Shown: positions 29,028-38,524 of the stretch, piece after piece
Layout: each line of letters begins with the position of its first letter
Position numbering within the stretch: position 1 is the stretch's first letter
NCBI GenBank assembly: GCA_963717935.1
Contig: CAVQXP010000004.1
Location: forward strand, 1,344,001-1,408,000
From: Candidatus Eiseniibacteriota bacterium
GTDB lineage: Bacteria; Eisenbacteria; RBG-16-71-46
DNA length: 64,000 nucleotides
Reading direction: 5' to 3'
Translations under genes and position numbers: made by a program
Notes under the pieces: generated by a model
What the model saw: only the letters and a program-made list of their open reading frames with translations
Database searches by the model: none
Told to the model about the DNA's origin: nothing

Positions 29028-30353
29028 ATGGCAGAGCAGCAAGTGGAGGAGCGTGGGACCATGGGCGCCGAGGGATTGGCCCTCGGGGAGGAACGCATGG
29101 TCCGGGAAGACCGTTGGCAGGAGATCCACCGACTGCATCGTGACGAGGGCGTGCCGATCGCCGAGATCGCCCGCCGGCTGGAGCTCGACCGCAAGACCGT
29201 CCGCCGCTGCCTGAGCCAGGGGGCGTGGCAGCCCTACCAGCGGCCGATCCGCACCGACACGCTACTCGCCGAACATGCCGAGCACCTGCGGCGCCGGGCG
29301 CCCGAGGTCCACTACTCGGCCCAGATCCTGTTCCAGGAGCTGCGCCAGCGCGGCTACGGGGGTAGCTACCCGACGGTGAAGCGGTTCGTGCAGCCGCTGC
29401 GCCGGGCCGAGACGCTGGCCGAACGGGCGACGGTGCGCTTCGAGACCCCGCCGGGCCAGCAGAGCCAGATCGACTGGGGCTCGAGTCGGGCGCGCTTCCG
29501 CCATGAACCGGTGGTCCTGCACTGGTTCGTGCTGACCCTGGGCTACAGTCGGCGCAGCTACTTCGACGTCGCGCTCAACGAGCAGTTGCCCCAGTTCCTC
29601 GACGCCCACGAGCGCGCCTTCGATCACTTCGGCGGCCGCACCCGCGAGCACCTCTACGACCGCCCACGCACCATCTGCAGCCCGGCCGGGGACGGGACGG
29701 TGATCTGGAACTCGACCTTCAAGAGCTTCGCCGACTACTGGGGCTTCGAGGCCCGGCTGTGCCGGCCCTACCGGGCCCAGACCAAGGGCAAGGTCGAGTC
29801 GGGGGTCAAGTACGTGAAGCACAACTTCGTGCCGGGGCGCGACTTCGTCGACCTGCTCGACACCCGCGAGCAACTGGCCGAGTGGAACGCCACCATCGCC
29901 GACCTGCGCGTGCACGGCACCACCCATGAGCGGCCGCTCGACCGCTTCGCGGTTGAGCGTGGCCATCTGCTGCCCACCACCCAGCACCCCAGCTACCGGC
30001 TCGAGACCCGCTACGGCCGGATCGTGGCCGACGACTACCTGGTGAGCCTCGACACCAACCGCTACTCGGTGCCCTTCACCCTGATCGGCCAGACCGTGGA
30101 GGTCGAGCGCCGTGCGGGCGAGGTGCGGATCCACCACGCGGGCCGGCTGGTGGTGGCCCACTCCGAGCTCAGTGGCCGTCACCAGGTACGCGTGCTGCCC
30201 GAGCATGGACCCGGCGCCAGCGCCCGCAACCCCCGCCTGCGCAGCTCCACGGCGCCGGCGACGACGTCGCTCCACCAACCCCACGGACTCGACGTCGAGG
30301 TCCGCGACCTGGCGCTCTACGAGGTGCTGTGCGGCCCGGGAGGTGAGGCATGA
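29028..30353 (+). CDS. istA: IS21 transposase IstA
   Basis: HTH (IAEIARRLELDRKTVRR), RFETPPGQQSQIDWG, LYDRPR, TKGKVE (DDE residues), RVHGTT; alternative in-frame ATGs at 29061 and 29097. Confidence 0.95.
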   Translation: MAEQQVEERGTMGAEGLALGEERMVREDRWQEIHRLHRDEGVPIAEIARRLELDRKTVRRCLSQGAWQPYQRPIRTDTLLAEHAEHLRRRAPEVHYSAQILFQELRQRGYGGSYPTVKRFVQPLRRAETLAERATVRFETPPGQQSQIDWGSSRARFRHEPVVLHWFVLTLGYSRRSYFDVALNEQLPQFLDAHERAFDHFGGRTREHLYDRPRTICSPAGDGTVIWNSTFKSFADYWGFEARLCRPYRAQTKGKVESGVKYVKHNFVPGRDFVDLLDTREQLAEWNATIADLRVHGTTHERPLDRFAVERGHLLPTTQHPSYRLETRYGRIVADDYLVSLDTNRYSVPFTLIGQTVEVERRAGEVRIHHAGRLVVAHSELSGRHQVRVLPEHGPGASARNPRLRSSTAPATTSLHQPHGLDVEVRDLALYEVLCGPGGEA

Positions 30354-31126
30354 ACCCGCTCCAACTCGAGCGCCTGAGCGAGCAGTTGCAGCGACTGCGG
30401 CTGTTCAAGAGCCGCGAACGGCTCGAGGCCCTGCTCCAGGAGGCCAGCGGTGAGGAACTGAGCTACGCCGACTTCCTCGACCGGCTGCTCACCGAGGAGG
30501 TCACCTCCAAGACCGCCAAGAACGTCACCATGCGCACCAGCCTGGCCCGCTTCCCGTTCGTCAAGAGCCTCGAGAGCTTCGACTTCGGCTACCAGCCCTC
30601 GATCGACAAGAAGCAGCTCCAGACCCTGGCCAACTGCCACTTCATCGAGCACGGCGAGAACGTGCTCCTGCTCGGGCCCCCGGGCGTCGGCAAGACTCAC
30701 CTGGCCGTCGGACTGGGCTTGAAGGCCATCGAGTGCGGCTACCGAGTGCTGTTCACCACCGCCGCCGGCATGATCGCCGCCCTCGGCAAGGCCCTGGCCG
30801 AGGGCCGGCTCGACGAGAAGCTCAAGCTCTACACCGTGCCACGGCTCTTGATCATCGACGAGATCGGCTACCTGCCCATCGACCAGACCGGCGCCAACCT
30901 GTTCTTCCAACTCATCAGCCGGCGCTACGAGAAGGGGCCGATGATCCTCACCAGCAACCAGAGCTTCGGCAGCTGGGGCGACGTCTTCGGGGACCGGGTC
31001 ATCGCCGCCGCCATCCTCGACCGGGTCCTCCACCACGCCGTCACCGTCAACATCCGCGGCAACAGCTACCGGCTCAAGGACCGCCTCAAGGCCGGGCTGC
31101 TGCAGCCGGCCGAGACCGTCAGCTAA
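30350..31126 (+). CDS. istB: IS21 helper AAA+ ATPase IstB
   Basis: Walker A GPPGVGKT, Walker B LIIDEIGY, TSN, AILDRVLHH, GNSYR; ATGA overlap with istA. Confidence 0.95.
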   Translation: MNPLQLERLSEQLQRLRLFKSRERLEALLQEASGEELSYADFLDRLLTEEVTSKTAKNVTMRTSLARFPFVKSLESFDFGYQPSIDKKQLQTLANCHFIEHGENVLLLGPPGVGKTHLAVGLGLKAIECGYRVLFTTAAGMIAALGKALAEGRLDEKLKLYTVPRLLIIDEIGYLPIDQTGANLFFQLISRRYEKGPMILTSNQSFGSWGDVFGDRVIAAAILDRVLHHAVTVNIRGNSYRLKDRLKAGLLQPAETVS

Positions 31127-31272
31127 CCCTGGGGTGGGGAGATTTCAATGACCGCAGGTGGGGAGATTTGGGTGACCGTTGACAGCCGGGAGACCCGACG
31201 AGGCGAGCCCGACGGACACCACGCTTTGCCCATGGGTGGCCCGCCTGTTCCCGACGATGTGTTCGGGGGCAT

Positions 31273-32349
31273 TCACGGGCGAACCTTTGCTGCCAGCCGG
31301 CGGGCTAGATCCTTGGCCGACTGCCAGGGCGTCTCGCCGCGGATCCCCGCGGTTCCCAGACGGATTTGCTGCCAGAGCAACGAATAGAACAGGTTGGACC
31401 CGTCGAACAACCGATTCGGATCTCGAAGCTTCCAGGCCAGCATCTGGCGCAACCAGGGCGGATAGACGGCTTGAAATGCCCCGAGGGATTCTCTCGTAAA
31501 GCTCCGGACGATCCTCCACGCCTCGTCCCTCGCCTCGAATGGCAGATCTTCATGGGATCTCCGGGTCCCCACGCTCAACGCCAACAACCGCCAAGCCGAT
31601 ATCCTCCGCAAGTGAGATGTGCCCGCGGACCGCTCCTCTGCAATCTGAGCCAGCACGCCCAAAGCCCGATAACAACTCGAAAACCGGACTATATCCATCC
31701 GGCGGTGCTGCGCAGAATCAGGTCGATGACACGCATGATAGAACACCTCGTCCACATAGCCCACACGCTTGGCTGAACGCAACGCCCGATGCAAGAAGAT
31801 GCTATCCTCGTAATTGCTGAAGTCCTCCGGAAAGCGCAATGCGCCGAAGCGCTCTCGTGAGAAGAGCTTTGTGCAACAACTCAATCCCGCTCTGATATAC
31901 GCTCTCGCGGCTTCCGTATCATCCGCCATGTCCGAGATCCCTGAAAACGAGCGAACCGGCATCGCCTCTCCCGGCCCCTCCTTGCCGAAGGTGAGCCGAC
32001 AACCAACCAAATCGCACTGCCCGTCCCCGGCCAGGGCGCACAGCCGCGTGTACATCTCGGGCTCTATCCAGTCATCCGCATCGACAAAACCAACCCAACG
32101 GCCGCGTGCCACGTCCAAGCCCCGGTTGCGTGTAGACGAAACCCCCAGGCGCGAGGGGTTGTTCAGTAGGCGAATGCGCGGATCGTTCGCGGCAATAGCG
32201 GTCAAGATAGGCAGGCCGGCATCCCCCTCCCCATCGACCACGAAGATGAATTCGATGTCGGCAAGGGTCTGGCGTAGCAGAGAGTCCACGCATGTCCGCA
32301 ACATCTCATCGGGCACTTGATACACTGGAACAACGACGGACACCTTCAT
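31273..32349 (-). CDS. GT2 glycosyltransferase
   Basis: MKVSVVVPVY, FVVDG, GVSSTRNRGL, FVDADD, YED; visibly more AT-rich than the flanks. Confidence 0.9.
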   Translation of the reverse strand: MKVSVVVPVYQVPDEMLRTCVDSLLRQTLADIEFIFVVDGEGDAGLPILTAIAANDPRIRLLNNPSRLGVSSTRNRGLDVARGRWVGFVDADDWIEPEMYTRLCALAGDGQCDLVGCRLTFGKEGPGEAMPVRSFSGISDMADDTEAARAYIRAGLSCCTKLFSRERFGALRFPEDFSNYEDSIFLHRALRSAKRVGYVDEVFYHACHRPDSAQHRRMDIVRFSSCYRALGVLAQIAEERSAGTSHLRRISAWRLLALSVGTRRSHEDLPFEARDEAWRIVRSFTRESLGAFQAVYPPWLRQMLAWKLRDPNRLFDGSNLFYSLLWQQIRLGTAGIRGETPWQSAKDLARRLAAKVRP

Positions 32350-33167
32350 GTCGTGTGCCCACGATCGATGTGCCCGGCCCATCTTCCGGGCGTACGAGCA
32401 GGCGGGAAAGACCGAGCGCAGTTCGGCAGCGGGGGCGGGGCGACGCGGATGCGCCGGCGCATGGCTTCGCTAGCAGGGTGCAACAACAGGTCTCCTGCAG
32501 CACTGGAGCCCAGCAGGCGCGCGCGAGGGAAATCGTTGACGACAACCGGTGCGCATGGCACCGGTCCGTTCAGCCAGCGAAGAGCCTCGATCATCGAGCG
32601 GACCATGTCGGACGAAGCAACTGCCTCTTCTCGCTCCTCTCGGCCTTCCGTGGAGCTTGGAGATGCGTTGACGGGGTGTGGCGGCCCGGTCGATCCACGG
32701 CCTCTCTTCTCCTACAAAGAGAGAGGGCCGGCAGGGTGAACCAGGAACTGGGCGATTGTGTCGCGACGTATCTCGGATTGCAAGGGTGCGCGGTGGTGGC
32801 GACGGCGCTCGTGCGACATCCCCGGCGCGGATGGGCGGCCGGCGGTGTCGTGCACGCGGCCGCCGGTCGCCGCGGTGCCCGGTGCTCTGGGCTCGTCCAG
32901 TTTGATGAAATCACTGCGGCATTTGTGCAGCAGATCGGCGGCAGCACGAGCGCGCGGGAGAGTGCCCCTGAGCCCGCGGTCATGAGGCATTCTGGCCAAT
33001 CCGCTGAACCGGCCTCGCTGAGCGGGCAGCGAGCTGGGTCTTCAGAGGTTGCGAGGGCGTGGGGGCTGTTGAGCGCGGATCGGAAGGGATGCTAGGCTCG
33101 GGATCGTTCGTGCCGTTCCCCGTCCTTCCACCACTTCTTCGTAGACGTCAGCGTATGGAGGCGTTGA

Positions 33168-35003
33168 ATGCCGGGCCTGATGATTGTCGTCGGACCTCCG
33201 CCCTCGGGCCTCCTACCGGCCGAAACTGAGTGGCTCACGCCGGAAGCCGCGTGTGCGCGTGAACAGGTGTACGCGGGGCCACGCACCGAAGTCACCTTCG
33301 CCGCCCCACCCCACTACCCACGCCTGTCTTCCTCGAGTCCCGACTTCGAGTTGTTCGTCGAGGGACTGGTCTATGACCGGACCGATGACGAGCTGGTGGT
33401 CTTCGCCACCGAGCTTGCCCGAGTGGCACTCGCCGGCAGGCCGATCGATGAGCCCGTCCGCAGTTTCATGGCTGAAACGGATGGCGAGTACGTGTTCCTG
33501 CTCGTCCTCAAGCCGAGCGGTCGGGTGATTGTCTTCAACGATCCCTGGGGGCGCTTGCCGCTCTACACCGCCCAAACGCCTGCTGTGTTCCTGCTCGGTC
33601 GGGAACCAAAGGACCTGCTCGCTTATCTGCCCGAGATCCGCTTCGACCGCTACGCGATCACCGAATGGCTGGCATTCGAATACACACTGAACCCGCGGTG
33701 GTTCGTGGAAGGTGTCGCTCAGGTGCCACCCGCGACGCTCTTTGACGTCACCGTCGGCGATGGCGCCGTGCGCGCCGCGCGGGAGGTCCTCATCGCCCAG
33801 GACTTCAGCGTGACCACGCCGCTCCGTGACCGCGCCGAGGCGGTCCGCCGCTACGCGGCGCACTACCTCGATGCCTACGCGGCACGCGTTGCCAAGCTCA
33901 CCGAGCAGGGTTTCAGGCTCACCGCCGACCTGAGCGGGGGCTTCGACACGCGCGCCGTCTTCGCCGGCGCGCGCCGGCTCGATGCCCCGGTCGAGTTCTA
34001 CACCGACGAACTGGTCACCGGCGACGAGACCGCCGCCGCCACTCGCCTGGCTGAGGCCGGCGGGGCGAGCGTGGTCCGAGTGCGCGGCGGCGGGTTCACG
34101 CGTGATGCCGCCGAGTGGCGTCGCGCTACGTTCCTGACCGGTGGTCGCGTGAACTGCAACACGATGATGGGAGCAGTGCTGCTCTCGCGGAGGCGCAAGG
34201 AGATCCTCAAGGACCGGGTCGCCCGGTTCATGGGCTTTGGCGGAGAGCTGGTGCGCCGGCCGTACGTGCAGCCCCACGGCTATCGGAGTTTTTCCGAGGC
34301 TCTCGCCGACGACGTGTACACGCGATACATCAAGGTCGCGGACGGCTGCCGACTGCTCGGTCTCGAGGCCCCCGGATTCCGGCAGCGCATGGCCGGCGCG
34401 GTGGAGGGCTGGAACGAGCGCAACGACGCGAACCGCGCCCGACGGCTCTACTTCGTGTTCCACTACGGGTTGGTCAATGCGGGAGAGGACCGCCAGCGCT
34501 GGTACTTCTGGACCGTGACCCCGATGTGGGCCCGCCCTGTGGTGCAATTCGCCTACCGTCGGCTCGAAGCGCAGGCGGTCGGCTACCCATTCTTCGTCGA
34601 GATGCTGCGGAGCATCTACCCGCAGGCGCTCGAACCCCCGCTTCACGGCAACCCCACCAACCTGACTTCCCGGTTCGAGGTCTGGTTTTACGCCGCCAAG
34701 ACGGAATTGCTGGTGCAGTTGCGCAATCTCCGTGTCTATCGCCGTCTGCGCCGTGCCCTCTCACCCCGCGAGCGCTGGGCCATGCTGGCGACCAAGGAGG
34801 AGTTCGCCTGGTTCCGCGAGCAATTCGAGGCGACGTTCCGCGAGAGCAAAGCGGTGCGCGCCACGTTTGACGAGGCCGCGGTCATGGCGTTCGTGCAGCC
34901 CACCCAGGCGACCCAGCGTCTCAACCAGTTGCTGACGTCCGTCTACTTCGTGGCTGAGGTCGGCAAACGATTCTCCACGGTGCGGCTGGACCGCCAGCCT
35001 TGA
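33168..35003 (+). CDS. Asparagine-synthetase-like ATP-dependent amide ligase lacking the N-terminal Cys
   Basis: NDPWGRLPLY, PP-loop LSGGFDTR, GFGGE; N-terminus MPGL instead of MCGI; GGAGG RBS. Confidence 0.8.
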   Translation: MPGLMIVVGPPPSGLLPAETEWLTPEAACAREQVYAGPRTEVTFAAPPHYPRLSSSSPDFELFVEGLVYDRTDDELVVFATELARVALAGRPIDEPVRSFMAETDGEYVFLLVLKPSGRVIVFNDPWGRLPLYTAQTPAVFLLGREPKDLLAYLPEIRFDRYAITEWLAFEYTLNPRWFVEGVAQVPPATLFDVTVGDGAVRAAREVLIAQDFSVTTPLRDRAEAVRRYAAHYLDAYAARVAKLTEQGFRLTADLSGGFDTRAVFAGARRLDAPVEFYTDELVTGDETAAATRLAEAGGASVVRVRGGGFTRDAAEWRRATFLTGGRVNCNTMMGAVLLSRRRKEILKDRVARFMGFGGELVRRPYVQPHGYRSFSEALADDVYTRYIKVADGCRLLGLEAPGFRQRMAGAVEGWNERNDANRARRLYFVFHYGLVNAGEDRQRWYFWTVTPMWARPVVQFAYRRLEAQAVGYPFFVEMLRSIYPQALEPPLHGNPTNLTSRFEVWFYAAKTELLVQLRNLRVYRRLRRALSPRERWAMLATKEEFAWFREQFEATFRESKAVRATFDEAAVMAFVQPTQATQRLNQLLTSVYFVAEVGKRFSTVRLDRQP

Positions 35004-35010
35004 TCGCCCG

Positions 35011-35250
35011 GTGCGCCGTGAAGAAGCGCATGTCCCCAGCGGGTGTGAGTCCTGCCCGGCGGTTGTTGCTCCAGTCGGTGGCAAATCGGAGCGTCACGAG
35101 AGGCCATGAACTCGGCGAAGCCTCTGATGCAGGGGGGCACTGCAGGGTGAGCCGGCGAGCAGGCAGGCCGTGACGCGAGAGATTGCCGCGCAGGCCTCGA
35201 AAGGGATGCCGCGGAAGCCGACTCCGCTGCGTCTGGCGGAGCGCGGCCGA
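35011..35250 (+). mobile_element. ORF-less 5' fragment (domain I) of a bacterial group II intron
   Basis: Begins GTGCGCCGTGAAGAAGCGC (GUGYG 5' consensus) and continues GGGTGTGAGTCCTGCCCGG...GCAGGCCGTGACGCGAG...GCAGGCCTCGAAAGG...GCCGAC, recalled as resembling bacterial group II intron 5' ends; no RT ORF or domain V seen. Confidence 0.7.
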
Positions 35251-35305
35251 GGCAAAATCCGGGAGCTCCTCGCTCCAGCCTGGCTCTCCCGGACCTGAAT
35301 CTCCA

Positions 35306-36547
35306 TCAGGCTCCGGGCGCGGACGGCTCCGGTCTCGGCGCCCGGAGGGAGAACTCCGCGTAGACCCGCTCCAGTCTCTCGGCGATGATGGCCCAGGAGT
35401 ACTGGCGTGCCCGTTCGCGCAGGGCGGCCGGGTCCCAGGTGCGGCTGAGGGCGGCGTCGAGCGCGATGGCGAGTGCCGCTGCGTCCCCGGCCGGGACCAG
35501 CAGCCCATGCCGGTCCCGCTCCACGATCTCCCGAGTGCCTCCAACGGCGGAACTCACCAAGGGACGGCCCGCGGCCAGCGCTTCAAGGGCGGCAAGCGGC
35601 ATGCCCTCGTTCATGCTGGGCAGTGCCACGACGTCGGCGGCGGCGAGGAGATCGGGAACTCGGCCGAAAGGCACCGGACCGAAAAGACGTACGTGTTCGC
35701 CGAGGCCGCACAACCGGACTTGTGCTTCGAGCTCCGACCGGAGCGGGCCATCACCGACGATTGCCAGCGTTACGTCCCGGCGCCTTTCGCGCACCGCGCG
35801 GAAGGCATCGATCAGCACCCGGTGCCCCTTCACGGCCACGAGGTTGCCGACGCTTACAATCAGGTGGCCGGCGGCCGGCAGGCCCAGCGCGCGCCGGCCC
35901 GCGTCCCGATCGCCCGACTGGAAGGACTCCACGTTCACCCCGTTCGGGACATAGCGCAGGCACCGCTCTTCTACGCCGAGGTTCCTCGCGATGTCCAGGA
36001 GCTCACGCGAGACCACGACCACGCAGTCAGCCCGTCGGAGCGCCCAGCGGCTCCAGTGCCGGGTCCTCCACGGTCCCCGGATGGCTTCCGTGTGGAGATC
36101 CGAGCCGTGTGCCGTAATCACCGCGGGCAGGCCGCTGGCACGGGCCACGAGGACTGCGGCAAGCCCCATCGGGTACAGGCGATGTCCATGCACGACACAG
36201 GCATCGCGCGCATGCCGCAGTCGGACCCACAGGCCGATCAGGAACAACTGGAGCGGCTCCGTGAACACAAATAGCAGCGGAACGTGGATGTATCGTGGCC
36301 GCAGGACACGCAGCCCCGCGGTCGTCTGGTCGTCTTGCCGGCCAGCGGCGTTCTGCGCGGCCATGCGCCGCTCGCTGGCGTAGCGGGGCAGAGGCGGCAG
36401 CAGAATCTCGGGGGAAACCACGGTCACGCGCCAGCGTTGTGCGAGGACGTGCACTTGCTGGGATACCGAGAGGCGCACCCCCCCATTCAGTCGATGGGGC
36501 GGAAGGAAACCCTGGGTGAAGAGCAGCACATGTGGGGTGCGGTCCAT
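35306..36547 (-). CDS. GT4 glycosyltransferase
   Basis: VHGH, TAHGSD, VPNGV, VGNLVAVKGH, VGDGPLR, PSMNEGMPLAALEALAAG. Confidence 0.92.
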   Translation of the reverse strand: MDRTPHVLLFTQGFLPPHRLNGGVRLSVSQQVHVLAQRWRVTVVSPEILLPPLPRYASERRMAAQNAAGRQDDQTTAGLRVLRPRYIHVPLLFVFTEPLQLFLIGLWVRLRHARDACVVHGHRLYPMGLAAVLVARASGLPAVITAHGSDLHTEAIRGPWRTRHWSRWALRRADCVVVVSRELLDIARNLGVEERCLRYVPNGVNVESFQSGDRDAGRRALGLPAAGHLIVSVGNLVAVKGHRVLIDAFRAVRERRRDVTLAIVGDGPLRSELEAQVRLCGLGEHVRLFGPVPFGRVPDLLAAADVVALPSMNEGMPLAALEALAAGRPLVSSAVGGTREIVERDRHGLLVPAGDAAALAIALDAALSRTWDPAALRERARQYSWAIIAERLERVYAEFSLRAPRPEPSAPGA

Positions 36548-36875
36548 GGAGGCACGTTCCCTGTGGAAGCAGTGCCGCTTGCGGCACCAAGGCACCCACA
36601 TAGCCCTAGCCCGCCAGCGCATCCCTGTCAAGGTCACGAGCCCGAAGGTTCTCGCGACCGGTCATTTTTCACGACTGGAACAGGGGCCGGCTGGCGCGCG
36701 GGAGGCCCGCAGGCCCCACCCTTTGCGGCGAGCGTGATCGGCGACCGGAGGGACCTCCTGTGCTAGGATTGCGCACGCGAATTCATCGCGTCCCTTGGGG
36801 GTTTGAGCGCCCGCTTTCCCCCGTCACCCGAGGGGGGTCTTATCGCCCATCCTCAATCGTGAGCACCCATCTCCA

Positions 36876-38426
36876 ATGAGTCCGCTTTCCGACCCCGAGG
36901 TTCCCCCCGCGACGCCGCTCCCGTCTGGAGTTGGCAAGGGCCACGCACCGCAGATTCTCCACAACACGGGCGTGCTGGCCATCTCGGGGCTCTTCGTGCG
37001 CGGCATGGGGATGGTGATGATGGTGATCCTCGCTCGCAGCTTGGGGGCGGAGGGCTACGGCACCTACCAGCGCGCGGAAGCATTCGTCTACATGTTCAGC
37101 ATCCTGGGGAGTCTCGGGCTGGACATGATCCTCACCCGCGAGGTTGCCCGCCGCGGTGCTCGAGCCCCCGAATACCTGACGGGGGTCCTGATCCTCAAGC
37201 TGCTGCTGGCTCCCCTGTGCTTCGCGCTCATCCTCGGCTTCGCGTATGCACGCGGCTACCACGGGGAGTTCCTCTGGGGTATCTGGTGCTACAGCTTCGT
37301 CTTGTTCCTGACCACGACCGCACAAACCTGCGACGCGTACTTCCAGGGGCTCGACGAGATGGGCTACATCGCGATCACGAACATCGCCAATCAGCTGGCT
37401 TTCGTGGCCCTGGGAGGTGCCTGCGTCTGGCTCGGCAAGGACCTGCGCTGGATCCTCTCGGCGCTCGTCGTGGCGGCGGCGGTTCGGCTGATCGTCTCCA
37501 CCTACATCATAACGCGCCTGCGGCTCCTGTTCGCGAAGCCCCGGCTGGGCACCCTCCTCTATCTGCTCAGGCAGTCCATCCCCATCGCGTTCGCGGCCAG
37601 CTTCGTCATCGTGTACCAGCAACTGGACGCCGTGCTGCTGGGCGAGCTCAAGGGCAATACCCAGGTCGGCTGGTACAAGGCCGGCGTCAAGTTCCTCCTC
37701 TTCTTCACGGTTCTGCGCGAGAGCTTCCTGGTCGCGGTCTATCCCGTATTCGCCTCGGTCGCGCAACGCGGCCGCGAGCACATGGGCACCCTGGTGACCC
37801 GCGCGGTGCGCTACCAACTGATCATAGCGCTGTACTTCATCATCTGCTTCGTCGTCCTTCCGCGGGTGGCCCCCACGCTGCTTGGGGACGCGTTCGCGAA
37901 CACCGCTGCGATTCTCCCCATCATGGCGTTGATGCTCGTGCCGCAGACCATCAGCATCACCATGGGACGCGTGCTCGTCGCCTCTGGCAACCAGAAGCGC
38001 ATCATGGCTGCGACCGGACTCGCGCTGGTCGTGAACGTGGCGCTCAACCTGTCCCTCATCCCGCGATTCGGCTACATGGGGGCGGCCGCCGCCGCTGCGA
38101 CCAGCGAACTGGCGGTGGCCAGCATGAACGTATACTATGTGCAACGCTACGTGGCCCGCACCCAGATCCTCCGGGCGATCCTGCGGCCGGTCGTCGCGGC
38201 CGCGATGACCGGCGGCGTGCTTTACCTGTTGCCCGGCCTGCATCTCTACCAGGCGCTGCCGCTGGCGGGGATCTTCTACGTTGCCGGTCTCTTTGCCCTG
38301 CGCACCTTCTCTACCGAGGAGTTGAGCCAGTTCCGGACCGCTCTCCAGTCGGCGTGGGCGCGGTTGTGGAAGAACGGCGGGGGTACGGGTGGTGGCATCG
38401 ACCCCGGTATGTCCGCGGGGGTCTAA
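36876..38426 (+). CDS. wzx: Wzx-type flippase
   Basis: ILHNTG, LARSLGAEGYG, LGLDMILTREVAR, LDAVLLG, VGWYKAG, NVALNLSLIPRFGYMGAA; intact. Confidence 0.9.
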   Translation: MSPLSDPEVPPATPLPSGVGKGHAPQILHNTGVLAISGLFVRGMGMVMMVILARSLGAEGYGTYQRAEAFVYMFSILGSLGLDMILTREVARRGARAPEYLTGVLILKLLLAPLCFALILGFAYARGYHGEFLWGIWCYSFVLFLTTTAQTCDAYFQGLDEMGYIAITNIANQLAFVALGGACVWLGKDLRWILSALVVAAAVRLIVSTYIITRLRLLFAKPRLGTLLYLLRQSIPIAFAASFVIVYQQLDAVLLGELKGNTQVGWYKAGVKFLLFFTVLRESFLVAVYPVFASVAQRGREHMGTLVTRAVRYQLIIALYFIICFVVLPRVAPTLLGDAFANTAAILPIMALMLVPQTISITMGRVLVASGNQKRIMAATGLALVVNVALNLSLIPRFGYMGAAAAAATSELAVASMNVYYVQRYVARTQILRAILRPVVAAAMTGGVLYLLPGLHLYQALPLAGIFYVAGLFALRTFSTEELSQFRTALQSAWARLWKNGGGTGGGIDPGMSAGV

Positions 38427-38524
38427 GGGGATGACGCTCGCCATCCGGCAAGCGGATTGGCACGGGCCCCCGCCCGAGCCGCTGCGTGCGGACTCACGGG
38501 CAGGCCGAGGAGACCTGGACGTCC

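Larger units (their letters stand above)
28955..31184 (+). mobile_element. Complete IS21-family insertion sequence (2230 bp)
   Basis: Ends TGTCATCGGTCA / TGACCGTTGACA (imperfect IR, TG...CA), two tandem subterminal repeats at each end (CGGTCA-N-AAA..TCCCCAC), 5-bp duplication GCCGG at 28950-28954 and 31185-31189, istA-istB inside. Confidence 0.95.

Noticed and set aside
31185..31275. Gene interrupted by the IS21 insertion
   Set aside because: Rejoining the flanks gives only a short unrecognisable ORF, and the GT2 gene ends at 31273, outside the element
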